64,000 bases of DNA from an uncultured delta proteobacterium (GTDB lineage Bacteria > Desulfobacterota > RBG-13-43-22), in NCBI GenBank assembly GCA_963782435.1, contig CAWAKF010000030.1, positions 84,573-148,572 of the forward strand, in the 5' to 3' direction. Both the position numbers and the translations under genes were made by a program. The notes under the pieces are model-generated. The model was not told where the DNA came from, ran no database searches, and worked only from the letters and a program-made list of their open reading frames with translations. This document shows positions 49,950 to 59,450 of this stretch, in pieces (the stretch's first letter is position 1; every line of letters starts with the position of its first letter).

Positions 49950-50660
49950 ATGGAGATGGGGAAAATAGTATTAATCGGTTTGTTGTTTGCCGTGGCGGGT
50001 AACATCTGGGCGGCATCAGAGGAGGGGTTCCTTCTAAAACAAGAGAAAATGGTCAGGGAGCAGATCGAGGGGCGGGGCATAAAAGATCAGCGCCTGTTGG
50101 CGGCAATGAGAAAAGTTAAGCGTCATTTGTTTGTCCCCTCCCATCTGCAAAACGCCGCCTATGATGATCGGCCCCTGCCCATTGGTTACGGCCAGACTAT
50201 CTCCCAACCTTTTATTGTTGCCTATATGACCGAGGCCGTAAAAATCAGCCCCACCGACCGTGTTCTGGAGATCGGGACCGGTTCCGGGTACCAGGCGGCA
50301 GTATTGGCCGAACTCGCCAGGGAGGTTTACACTATAGAAATAATAAAACCCCTGGCGGATAGTACTCGCCTTCTTTTGGAAAAGTTGGGATATAAGAATA
50401 TCAGAATAAAATGCGGAGACGGGTATCAGGGTTGGAAGGAGTATGCCCCGTTTGACGCCATTATAGTTACCGCGGCTCCAACCGAGATTCCGGGAGAACT
50501 GGTAAAGGAGTTAAAAATGGGGGGTAGGATGGTCGTACCCATAGGCGGTTTTTTTCAAGAACTTTATCGCATAACCAAAACGGAAAAAGGATTTAATAAG
50601 GAGACCCTTTTACCTGTCCGATTCGTTCCCATGGTTCATTCCCCCAAAGGGGAAAAGTGA
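49950..50660 (+). CDS. pcm: protein-L-isoaspartate O-methyltransferase with a signal-peptide-like N-terminus
   Basis: GQTISQP, LEIGTGSGYQAA, APFDAIIVTAA, VRFVPM. Confidence 0.93.
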   Translation: MEMGKIVLIGLLFAVAGNIWAASEEGFLLKQEKMVREQIEGRGIKDQRLLAAMRKVKRHLFVPSHLQNAAYDDRPLPIGYGQTISQPFIVAYMTEAVKISPTDRVLEIGTGSGYQAAVLAELAREVYTIEIIKPLADSTRLLLEKLGYKNIRIKCGDGYQGWKEYAPFDAIIVTAAPTEIPGELVKELKMGGRMVVPIGGFFQELYRITKTEKGFNKETLLPVRFVPMVHSPKGEK

Positions 50661-50670
50661 TAATAGTAAA

Positions 50671-50700
50671 TCTCGGATTTTGGATTTCGGATTGCGGAAT
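50671..50700 (+). repeat. period-7 tract (TTnnGGA)
   Basis: tctcgga ttttgga tttcgga ttgcgga at. Confidence 0.7.
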
Positions 50701-50741
50701 ATAACAATCCCTTTTCTATTCTAATTTCGTTGCAAGATAGA

Positions 50742-51941
50742 TTATTTTATTTTGCTTCCAATAGCTCCTTTCATTATCGCCAATCCTTCCTCAAGCTCTT
50801 CCTGCTTGATATTCAAGGCCGGAAAAATCCGGATCATGTTTCCTTGGGTCTGCCTGACAAAAAGCCCTTTGGTCAGACAGGCTTCGGATATTTTTGTCGC
50901 TGTTGGTTCATCTCGGAGTTCAACGGCCAGGAGCAGGCCCAGCCCGCGAACATCCGTAACCACTTCAGGAAAGGCTTGCCTCCATTCAGTCATTTGATTC
51001 AATGCAAAACGCCCCATTGCTTCAACATGAACGGAGATTTGCTGATCAAGCAGATGTCTAATCACCGCATAAGAGACGGAGCAGCCGAGGGGATTTCCGC
51101 AGTACGTGCCTCCATGATCCCCCGGTTCAAGTTTGGAGGCAACGGCTTCCGAGAGGGCGAAGGCCCCAAAAGGAAACCCTCCGGCAATCCCTTTGGCCAT
51201 GGTCAAAAAGTCGGCCTGGGCACAAGTTCGGCTGATAGCGAACATAGGGCCGCAACGGGCAAATCCGGTCTGGACTTCGTCAATGATCAAAAGACTGCCG
51301 TTTTCCCGGCACATCCGGCTGACCTGTTCGAGATAGTTTTCCGAAGGAATCTGAACCCCGCCTTCGCCTTGAACCGGTTCCAGGATGATCGCGGCAACCG
51401 AGGTGTCGAGATTCTGTTCCAAGGCTTTAAGGTCATTAAAGGGGATAAATCGATAGTTGGGCATAAGGGGATTGAATTTCTCCCGGTGCTTGGCTTGTCC
51501 GGTGGCTGAGGCCGTACTGATCGTCCGCCCATGGAAGCTTTGATCGGTGGATATAACATCCATTCTACCAGTGGCCTTGCGGGCCAGTTTGATGGCTGCA
51601 TCATTGGCTTCCGCCCCGCTGTTGGAGAAAAAGATCCGGGTCAGGTTCGAGGGCAATATTTCCCGCATCAACTCCAGAAGACGAGCCCGGATCGGAGAAT
51701 AGGTCAAACCGGAATTGGGGTTCTGGATAATCTTTCGACTCTGTTCCTCAAGGGCCTTGGTGATGACGGGGGACGCGTGACCGAGGCAGGTGACCCCCCA
51801 GCCGGAAGTAAAATCCAGATATCGTTTCCCTTCTTCGTCCCACACATACACGCCTTCCCCCCGCTCAATGGAAACGGGAATTTTGTTAAAGAAGGGCGGG
51901 GAGAATTGATCTTCGATCTCTGTCGTTTTTTTGGTGCTCAT
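50742..51941 (-). CDS. argD: class III aminotransferase (acetylornithine aminotransferase-like)
   Basis: NSGAEAND, SFHGRT, EPVQGEGG, DEVQTG, AKGIAGG, HGGTY.GNP. Confidence 0.85.
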   Translation of the reverse strand: MSTKKTTEIEDQFSPPFFNKIPVSIERGEGVYVWDEEGKRYLDFTSGWGVTCLGHASPVITKALEEQSRKIIQNPNSGLTYSPIRARLLELMREILPSNLTRIFFSNSGAEANDAAIKLARKATGRMDVISTDQSFHGRTISTASATGQAKHREKFNPLMPNYRFIPFNDLKALEQNLDTSVAAIILEPVQGEGGVQIPSENYLEQVSRMCRENGSLLIIDEVQTGFARCGPMFAISRTCAQADFLTMAKGIAGGFPFGAFALSEAVASKLEPGDHGGTYCGNPLGCSVSYAVIRHLLDQQISVHVEAMGRFALNQMTEWRQAFPEVVTDVRGLGLLLAVELRDEPTATKISEACLTKGLFVRQTQGNMIRIFPALNIKQEELEEGLAIMKGAIGSKIK

Positions 51942-51943
51942 AA

Positions 51944-52423
51944 CTATTCCCCGATTCTAAGGAGGAAATTAACCGCTTCCGCTCTTTCCGTCCAGCCTTG
52001 TTTTTTATAAAAGCCGCGTTTATATGATTCACGATCACGCAGATTAAGCAACATTAATCTGGAACAACCTCTTTTTTCAGCTTCGAATTTGACTGTTTTC
52101 AGCAATTGGCCGCCAATCCCCATTCCTCGGGCGGATTCCCTTAAAAACAGCTCCGATACATATCCTTCCGGACCGGAAGACAGGAGATAGGACAGCCAAT
52201 GGACCGCGCAATATCCAAGGATTTCTCCTGCCTTTTTTAAGGCCAGATAAACGGAATGGCTGGCGTCAGCCATATTTAGTTGGAGATTTTTGGAAACCTG
52301 TTCCTGTATGACCTCCGGGGTTTTGTTCCGGATATGGGGAAACAGCTCTAATGACCTTAATAACTCGGCTATGGCCGGAGAGTCTTCTTCGGTCGCCTCT
52401 CTGATTAGAAAGTCCTTGTTCAT
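51944..52423 (-). CDS. GNAT N-acetyltransferase
   Basis: ELFLRESARGMGIGGQL, FYKKQGW. Confidence 0.88.
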   Translation of the reverse strand: MNKDFLIREATEEDSPAIAELLRSLELFPHIRNKTPEVIQEQVSKNLQLNMADASHSVYLALKKAGEILGYCAVHWLSYLLSSGPEGYVSELFLRESARGMGIGGQLLKTVKFEAEKRGCSRLMLLNLRDRESYKRGFYKKQGWTERAEAVNFLLRIGE

Positions 52424-52426
52424 AAC

Positions 52427-53308
52427 TTAGCTATTCTCTTTATAAAGGGTTGAGGAACTTTTCATAACCCGGATCATCTTACACATCTCGGCGATCCGTT
52501 TGCCTTCAAGGTCATCCAAAAAGGAATCATACCAGTAGAATTCCGTTTTACCCGTCACCCCGACGAAAACAATCCGGCCATGGACCTTGTAAGGGGTATC
52601 GGCCAGGATCGGACCATTGATGTTGCGGAATTCCGTAGTCCCGAAAAAACCGACCGCCGAACAGTCCATCCGTTCCGGAAGTGCCCCTTCACGGTAAATC
52701 AATTGCAGGGCATCGTGCATGTTCTGAGGTGGTAGAACGGATTTTCCCCAGGGAGAAGATCCTTTGTACCAGTCGATGGGGTCGGTGGTAATCTCCAACC
52801 GTTGATTGACCTTGGATTGAGGAATGAGGCAATCATGGCTCCCCAGGTCGTATCCTGCCGAAAGGTTGGCAAAGACCCTCGGTTCTTCACCCGAGGTCGT
52901 CATTTGGATGGACTGAATATAAGTTGGTTCCTTAGGTTCTCCGACTGAAACCGTGCCTTTGCCGACGATCTGACCGTTGGGCATTTCCAGTCGGGCTTCC
53001 ACCTGCACGTCTTTGGCCCCTTGAGGGGGAAGGCCGATGACGGCCCGGACCTCTTCCCGGTCGGTGGTCATATAGGTATAGAAAATGCTCAAGGTGCCCT
53101 TTTCAAACCAGCGGGGCCCGAAGGCTTCGAGCAGAAGGGGCACAAAAATATCCAGGTGATTGGTTCCGGCTACGGCTCCGCCCCGAATGCCTATTTTTTG
53201 GGCCACCTCTTCATCATGGATGGAGCCTTTGACCTGGATGGCCGAGTTTACCGTTCGACGCCAGGCCCCGATAAGTTGATTGTCCTTTTTTACAATACCT
53301 TCAGACAG
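52427..53308 (-). CDS. hypothetical protein, probable double hot-dog (MaoC-like) fold; likely CTG start
   Basis: Frame open upstream of 53206 (GSIHDEEVAQKIGIRGGAVAG); GGAGG 7 nt before an in-frame CTG at 53308. Confidence 0.65.
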   Translation of the reverse strand: MSEGIVKKDNQLIGAWRRTVNSAIQVKGSIHDEEVAQKIGIRGGAVAGTNHLDIFVPLLLEAFGPRWFEKGTLSIFYTYMTTDREEVRAVIGLPPQGAKDVQVEARLEMPNGQIVGKGTVSVGEPKEPTYIQSIQMTTSGEEPRVFANLSAGYDLGSHDCLIPQSKVNQRLEITTDPIDWYKGSSPWGKSVLPPQNMHDALQLIYREGALPERMDCSAVGFFGTTEFRNINGPILADTPYKVHGRIVFVGVTGKTEFYWYDSFLDDLEGKRIAEMCKMIRVMKSSSTLYKENS

Positions 53309-53534
53309 ATCCGTTCCTCCTTTAAACTACAGCTTAACGATTCATTTCCTTTTTAAGGGCATCGTGACCAGCCGAACTTATCGTTAGGAAACAAAAAGTT
53401 GAGGTCGACGAACCTTAAAAGCAGAATCTTGAATATCATTTTTATTCTTATCATTAAATACATAACTAAAAAAAATTCTAAAATCAATCCCAATAATTCC
53501 CTTATTTCCATTTATATCTTGCGGCGAATTTATC

Positions 53535-53564
53535 TTGACAGGAAAAAAGTGCCGGACCTATACT
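53535..53564 (+). promoter_or_regulatory. sigma70-type promoter of the SDR-liv operon
   Basis: TTGACA-18 nt-TATACT. Confidence 0.6.
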
Positions 53565-53603
53565 TCACAATCGAAAATAGACGCTGTGAGGAGGGTGCGA
53601 ATC

Positions 53604-54359
53604 ATGTTTGATCTCAAGGGACATGTAAGTGTCATCACCGGGGGAAACGGAGGTATCGGGCTGGGGATGGCCCGGGGACTGGCGAAATCAGGAGCCAGTA
53701 TTGCCATATGGGGAAGGAACCGGGATAAAAACGCCAAAGCTGATGCTGAGTTAAAAGGCCTCGGTGCGGAGGCCAAGTCCTTTGAGTGTGATGTATCGAA
53801 GGAAGAACAGATTGTGAAAGCCATGACCGATACCCTGGCTTCTTTCGGCCGGGTGGACTCCTGCTTTGCCAATGCCGGAACCGGTATCGCCAAGCCGGCT
53901 ATCGAGACCACAATAGAAGATTGGAACTCGGTGGTTGAGATTAATTTGACGGGAGTTTTTATAACCTTCCGGGAGGCTGCCAAACACATGATTGCCCGTG
54001 GGGGAGGGGGAAAACTGATTGCCACTTCCTCTATAGGATCGATCCACGGAATGCCGCGCAATGCCAGTTATTCGGCCACAAAAGCCGGGGTAATCGCCGT
54101 CGTTCGTTCGCTGGCCGTAGAACTGGCCCGCTATAATATTCAGGCCAATGCCATCATCCCGGGATGGATTGATACTGACATGACGGTTGATGCCAGGGCC
54201 TTTGAAAAATTGAACAAGACGATCATCCAAAGGACCCCTGCTCACCGCTGGGGCGAACCAAGAGATTTTGAAGGACTGGCGGTTTACCTGGCCTCGAAAG
54301 AATCTGATTTTCAAACAGGCACCGCTATCCCGATTGATGGCGGCTACACCATTTTTTGA
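53604..54359 (+). CDS. short-chain dehydrogenase/reductase
   Basis: TGGNGGIG, ANAG, YSATK, PGWIDT. Confidence 0.93.
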   Translation: MFDLKGHVSVITGGNGGIGLGMARGLAKSGASIAIWGRNRDKNAKADAELKGLGAEAKSFECDVSKEEQIVKAMTDTLASFGRVDSCFANAGTGIAKPAIETTIEDWNSVVEINLTGVFITFREAAKHMIARGGGGKLIATSSIGSIHGMPRNASYSATKAGVIAVVRSLAVELARYNIQANAIIPGWIDTDMTVDARAFEKLNKTIIQRTPAHRWGEPRDFEGLAVYLASKESDFQTGTAIPIDGGYTIF

Positions 54360-54506
54360 AAAGGATTAAAAAAATTTCGGGAAGGGCGGTTTTTGAAGTG
54401 AACCAGATTTTTTCCTTAGGGCTCATTTATTACTTTATTTTCTTTTAATTTTTTTATAGAATCACCCCAAATAGTTCATTAACCTAATTTTCAGGAGGGC
54501 AGAAAA

Positions 54507-55766
54507 ATGAAAAGGATGCGATGGGTACCATTAATGGTGGGTGTTCTCATGTTCATGGCTGCCGGTGTTTGGGCCGCTGGTCCGGATACCACGGGTCCGA
54601 TTAAAATAGGGTTTATGGGCAATTTATCGGCCCCTTCTTCCTTAAGTGCCAAGGCAGCGGCGATGATGGCGGTGGATGAGATGAATAAGGCCGGCGGCAT
54701 TTTGGGAAGACCGATCACGCTGATCGTGGAGGATACCAAGGGGGAAATCCCGAAATGTGTGGAATTGTATAAAAAATTAGTGATGAGTGACCGGGTCTTA
54801 GCGGTTATCATCGCCGAAAAAGTAGAAATGGGTATTGCCGGAATGGAAATCGGGGCTGAATTGTTTCCCGAATATCCCCATATTTTTTTCAGTACCATCG
54901 GTTCCGGGGATGATATCTGGCACCATGTAAGAGACAATTATAAAAAATACCACTTCGGATTCCAGACTTATTATTCTATCTCCACCAATTACTTAAAAAT
55001 CAATGCTGATATCAATGCCGATATTTTTAAAAACATGATCAAGGCCAAAAAAATGGCCATCATTTACGAAGACATGGAATGGACCAAACCCCTGCGTAAA
55101 GGTTTGCCGGGTGTCTCTCCACCTTTAGTGGATGTTTATAAGAGCAAAGGATTGAATGTTGTTTTTGAGACGACCGTATCTCTCGACCAAAAAATGTTTA
55201 ACCCTATCTTTGAAAAGATTGCCGAGTCCGGTGCCGGGGTGATCGATTGTGCTGTAGGGTATATTGACCAAGGTGCTTTCATCAAGCAATGGGCTCAATC
55301 GAGTGCCAAGAATATCCCCTTGAATATTTGGGGAGGGTTGGCGGGGATGCCTCAGGCCTGGAAGATGACCGAGGGCAAGGTGGCCGGTGTATTGGTCGGT
55401 TCCTCCCTGGTTAAAGTGCCTATCACCCCCAAAACCATCCCGTTTATGGACAACCTGGTCAAAAATTATAAAGTCGGTCCCATCTTCGGCTCCCATACAA
55501 CCTATGACACCCTCTATGGGTTTAAAAAGGCCATCGAGAAAGCAAAGGGGACTGGAAATGTGGAGGCCCTTATTAAACAATTGGAACAGGTACAGGAGGT
55601 GGCTGTTTTGGGCACCATCGGCTGGGACCCCAAGTTTCACTACAATCTTCCTTACCCCAAATACATTACCCCCATTGTCCAATGGCAAAAGGGAGACATG
55701 AAGGTCATTTTCCCTAAAGAATATAAGGCAGGGCAATATATCTCTCCGGCCGATCTAAGAAAGTAG
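54507..55766 (+). CDS. Liv/HAAT-family ABC substrate-binding protein
   Basis: Signal peptide, IKIG, N.AGGILGRPI....EDT. Confidence 0.9.
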   Translation: MKRMRWVPLMVGVLMFMAAGVWAAGPDTTGPIKIGFMGNLSAPSSLSAKAAAMMAVDEMNKAGGILGRPITLIVEDTKGEIPKCVELYKKLVMSDRVLAVIIAEKVEMGIAGMEIGAELFPEYPHIFFSTIGSGDDIWHHVRDNYKKYHFGFQTYYSISTNYLKINADINADIFKNMIKAKKMAIIYEDMEWTKPLRKGLPGVSPPLVDVYKSKGLNVVFETTVSLDQKMFNPIFEKIAESGAGVIDCAVGYIDQGAFIKQWAQSSAKNIPLNIWGGLAGMPQAWKMTEGKVAGVLVGSSLVKVPITPKTIPFMDNLVKNYKVGPIFGSHTTYDTLYGFKKAIEKAKGTGNVEALIKQLEQVQEVAVLGTIGWDPKFHYNLPYPKYITPIVQWQKGDMKVIFPKEYKAGQYISPADLRK

Positions 55767-55920
55767 TTTCAAGGTAAAAGTCGCTTAAAATATTTTCAGG
55801 AATGCCTTTTGGGTAACCGGGCTGGTGGATCCTTTCCCTTAAGACCTGAGGGGCAGGATTAGACTTGAGATATCTAAAGACTCCCCCTACCTTAAAAGGG
55901 GGGGAGTCGAAAGAGACCCA

Positions 55921-56796
55921 ATGAATGAGACTATCCTTTCTATTCTGGTCTATACCTTTATCTGGGGTTCCATCTATCTCTTAATTTCCCTCGGTTTCTC
56001 TTTGATCTGCGGGGTGCTCCGGATTTTTCATCTCGGTTACGGGGCAACTTTTATCATCGCCGCCTACGGCGTTTGGGCCTTTATGGAGAATGCCGGATTG
56101 GGATTGATACCCAGCATCTTCCTGATGCTTCTGGTGCAAATCGGATTTTCCCTTTTTGTCTTTTATAAGGGCGTCTTTCAGCGCTATCTGGAACAAGAAG
56201 AGATCCTCTTAACCCTTTCCGTACTGATCTTTATTCTGATCGCCCATCTGGCTAATTATCTTTACCCAATCACCGCCGGGGTTTCTATTCCGACAACCTT
56301 GAGCGACGGTATGATATCCATCGGGAAGGTCAAAATTGCCACGCAGATGGTTCTGGCGGCCTTGGTGGGAATCCTGGTAACCGCAATTTATGTGATCTGG
56401 TTTCTGAAAACCAGAACCGGTTTAATCATTCGGGCCATCAGTCAGAATCTGTCTGCGGCCACGCTGATGGGTGCCGGTGTCAATCGGATGTACTATCTGG
56501 CCATTATCCTCTCGGTCATCCCGCCGACCATCTGCATGCTGGTCATCGCACCTTTTTGGGGAATCGATCCTTTTATGGGCTCCCCGCTGCTCATGACCGC
56601 CATGCTCATTGCCATCCTCGGCGGACTGGGCAATTTGAAAGGGAGCATTGTCGCTTCTTATTTGATCGGGTTCATTCATTCCTCGGTGAGCTTTCTCTAT
56701 GTTTCCCGTTTCATGGGCCTGGCGGCCCTGATCATCACCTTGATCGTCATGATTGTCCGGCGAGGGGGAATATTCGCAGGAGAAACCATATGGTAA
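55921..56796 (+). CDS. HAAT ABC permease (LivH-like)
   Basis: KTRTGLIIRAISQN..AA.LMG, ILGGLG. Confidence 0.9.
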   Translation: MNETILSILVYTFIWGSIYLLISLGFSLICGVLRIFHLGYGATFIIAAYGVWAFMENAGLGLIPSIFLMLLVQIGFSLFVFYKGVFQRYLEQEEILLTLSVLIFILIAHLANYLYPITAGVSIPTTLSDGMISIGKVKIATQMVLAALVGILVTAIYVIWFLKTRTGLIIRAISQNLSAATLMGAGVNRMYYLAIILSVIPPTICMLVIAPFWGIDPFMGSPLLMTAMLIAILGGLGNLKGSIVASYLIGFIHSSVSFLYVSRFMGLAALIITLIVMIVRRGGIFAGETIW

Positions 56797-57833
56797 ATTT
56801 TGAATTACGACGGGATCGTATCCTGGCCCGCTGGGGGGACCAGAAATACGAATGGGTCATCGAACCCCGCTATTGGCGGAACCCGGCCATCGGGGTGGCC
56901 CTTCTGGCGATGATTCCCATTTTCATTCACTCTTATCCAAACATCCTGACCATGATAACCACGGCCAACCTGTACGCCGCCGTGGCCATACCCTTGGGCT
57001 TGCAGATGCTGGGAACGGCCCGGGTCAATTTCGGCCCTCAGCTTTTTTTGGGGATCGGTGGATACACCGCCGCTTTGCTGAACCTACATTTTGGCTTCGG
57101 TCCGGCATTAACGCTGGCAGCCACGATCCTGGTTTGTACCGCCATTGCCTTACTTCTCAGCCCGACGACCTGGATTGCCAAAGGGTTGTATTTTTCTTTG
57201 ATCACCTTGATCTTGCCTTTGACCTTTCTGGATGTCACCTTCATCTGGGGTGATATTTTTCGCGGGGAAGTGGGGCTGGTGGGGATGAGTCCTTTATTGA
57301 GCTTCAGGAAAGTCAGTTGGAATTACCTGGCCTATTTTTATTTGTCCCTTTTCTTGATGCTGAGTTACTTGTTTATCTCCGATAAGATCGTTCGCTCCCG
57401 ATTCGGAGTCAATCTGGCGGCCATCAACGAAAATGAAGATGTAGCCCGGATGATGGGGGTTAACGTGGAACGCTACAAAGTATTTTACTATGTTTTCCCT
57501 TCCGTCCTCACCGGGATCGTCGGCTGGTTTATCGTTCATACTTTTCGAACCTTCGCCGGAGTCACCTACCTGCCCCTTGATTTCATGACCAAGATTTTAA
57601 TTATCGTCATCATTGGGGGGCGTGCTTTTGTCTATGGGGCCATCCCCGGGGCTTATTTGATATCCATTGTGGAAGATTCTCTGCGGAGTCTGGGGCCGAT
57701 TAATTATGTCCTTTTCCCGCTGGTTTTGGTTATTGCCATTATTGTCCTCCCCAGGGGGGAAGGGCTATGGGGCCTGTACCATAAACGGCACCACCGGGAT
57801 TATTTTCCAACCCTGCATGTCAGGAGAGATTAA
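56790..57833 (+). CDS. HAAT ABC permease (LivM-like)
   Basis: GLYFSLITL, SRFG..L.AINENE..A..MGVN; start MVNFELRR. Confidence 0.9.
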   Translation: MVNFELRRDRILARWGDQKYEWVIEPRYWRNPAIGVALLAMIPIFIHSYPNILTMITTANLYAAVAIPLGLQMLGTARVNFGPQLFLGIGGYTAALLNLHFGFGPALTLAATILVCTAIALLLSPTTWIAKGLYFSLITLILPLTFLDVTFIWGDIFRGEVGLVGMSPLLSFRKVSWNYLAYFYLSLFLMLSYLFISDKIVRSRFGVNLAAINENEDVARMMGVNVERYKVFYYVFPSVLTGIVGWFIVHTFRTFAGVTYLPLDFMTKILIIVIIGGRAFVYGAIPGAYLISIVEDSLRSLGPINYVLFPLVLVIAIIVLPRGEGLWGLYHKRHHRDYFPTLHVRRD

Positions 57834-57835
57834 CC

Positions 57836-58573
57836 GTGCTTGAAATCAACCAGGTGACGAAAACTTTCGGTGGTCTTTCTGCCGTCGATGAGGTCAGCTT
57901 TCAGGTCAATGAAGGAGAGGTGGTCGGCCTTATCGGACCGAACGGAGCCGGGAAAACCACTCTGTTAAATCTGATCTGCGGCCTGTATAAACCGAATTCC
58001 GGGTCGATCCGTTTTGACGGGACTGATATTACCGGGCAATCTTCCAACCGCGTATGCAGACTGGGTATATCCCGTACCTACCAGATTCCTAAGCCTTTTG
58101 AGGCCATGACCGCCCTGAGCGGCGTTTTGGTGAGTGTCTTGAACGGAAAAAGGCGCCAGAATATGAGCCTTTCCGATGCGGTTATGGAAGCCTCTTATTA
58201 TCTGGAGTTCGTGGGGTTGTTTGCTAAAAGGGATACCTTGGCCCGTCATCTAACCCTTTATGAGTTGCGGATGCTCGAATTGGCCAGGGCGCTGGCCACC
58301 ACCCCGAAACTTTTATTATTAGATGAAGCTATGGCCGGGTTGAACCCGACCGAAGCCTCACGTGCGCTGGAGATGATCTGGAATGCTCAGGATCAGTTTG
58401 CCATTACCATCCTCTGGATCGAGCATGTCATGAAAATCATCATGAGTGCCGCCCAACGGATTGTGGTTCTCCAATACGGAAAGAAGATCGCCGAAGGCTC
58501 GCCTCAGGAAATCACCAACGATCCGAAGACCATTGAGGCTTATCTGGGAGTACAGTATGCTCAACATCAGTAA
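57836..58573 (+). CDS. HAAT ABC ATPase (LivG-like)
   Basis: GPNGAGKTT, LDEAMAG, IEH, AYLG. Confidence 0.92.
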   Translation: MLEINQVTKTFGGLSAVDEVSFQVNEGEVVGLIGPNGAGKTTLLNLICGLYKPNSGSIRFDGTDITGQSSNRVCRLGISRTYQIPKPFEAMTALSGVLVSVLNGKRRQNMSLSDAVMEASYYLEFVGLFAKRDTLARHLTLYELRMLELARALATTPKLLLLDEAMAGLNPTEASRALEMIWNAQDQFAITILWIEHVMKIIMSAAQRIVVLQYGKKIAEGSPQEITNDPKTIEAYLGVQYAQHQ

Positions 58574-59261
58574 TCTGAATGCCTCATACGGGGTGATACC
58601 CATCCTTCATGATGTGAGTCTGGAGATAGGGGAAGGGGAAATCGTTGCCCTTCTGGGGGGAAATGGTGCCGGAAAAACGACCTTACTGAACGCCATTTCC
58701 GGTGTGTTAAAAACTCAATCGGGAAAAATTGTTTTTCTGGGTAATGAAATCCAAAACCGTCCTGCGGAAAAAATAGTCCAATGGGGGATAGCTCAGATAC
58801 CGGAAGGCCGAAAAATTTTCCCCTATCTGTCGGTCAAGGAAAACCTGCTGATGGGGGCTTGTACATCCAGGGCCTGGCGAAAGCGGCGTGAGATGTTGGA
58901 AAAAGTCTGTACTATTTTTCCCATTCTCAAAGAAAGGGCTGGACAACGGGCCAGTCTTATGAGCGGAGGGGAACAGCAGATGCTGGTTATTGCCCGGGGA
59001 TTGATGGCCCGTCCCAAACTGTTGATTATTGATGAACCCTCTTTGGGGCTCAGCCCTTTGATCATGAATCAGATTTATGAGGTCATTAAGACTTTTCCGG
59101 CTGAAGGCATCACCGTTTTGTTGTCGGAACAAAATGCCCTCTATGCATTGGAAGTTTCCTCCAGAGGATATGTGCTGCAGGACGGTCATGTGGTGTTGGA
59201 AGGAAAGAGTGATTTTCTTTTGAATAGTGAACTGGTGAAGAAGGCCTATATCGGCATGTAG
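58557..59261 (+). CDS. HAAT ABC ATPase (LivF-like)
   Basis: GGNGAGKTT, PEGR, MSGGEQQM, DEPSLGL. Confidence 0.92.
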   Translation: MLNISNLNASYGVIPILHDVSLEIGEGEIVALLGGNGAGKTTLLNAISGVLKTQSGKIVFLGNEIQNRPAEKIVQWGIAQIPEGRKIFPYLSVKENLLMGACTSRAWRKRREMLEKVCTIFPILKERAGQRASLMSGGEQQMLVIARGLMARPKLLIIDEPSLGLSPLIMNQIYEVIKTFPAEGITVLLSEQNALYALEVSSRGYVLQDGHVVLEGKSDFLLNSELVKKAYIGM

Positions 59262-59385
59262 CCGGTTGATGAAAAAAGCCCATCTGCGGTGTTGTCCTCA
59301 TCCCTCGTCGGTTCAACGTACATTAGTACGCCTCCCTCCACGGGATTTCGGACGCCTTGCATCTGGGCCTTTTTGATCAACCGGC
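59261..59385. mobile_element. 125-bp MITE-like element with terminal inverted repeats
   Basis: gccggttgatgaaaaaagccc ... gggcctttttgatcaaccggc; starts within the livF stop codon. Confidence 0.65.
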
Positions 59386-59450
59386 AACCGTAGTCCTTTT
59401 CGGAATTTGAGATTGAAGACTAAAAAATTTCTAACCGGTAGGAGATAAGG

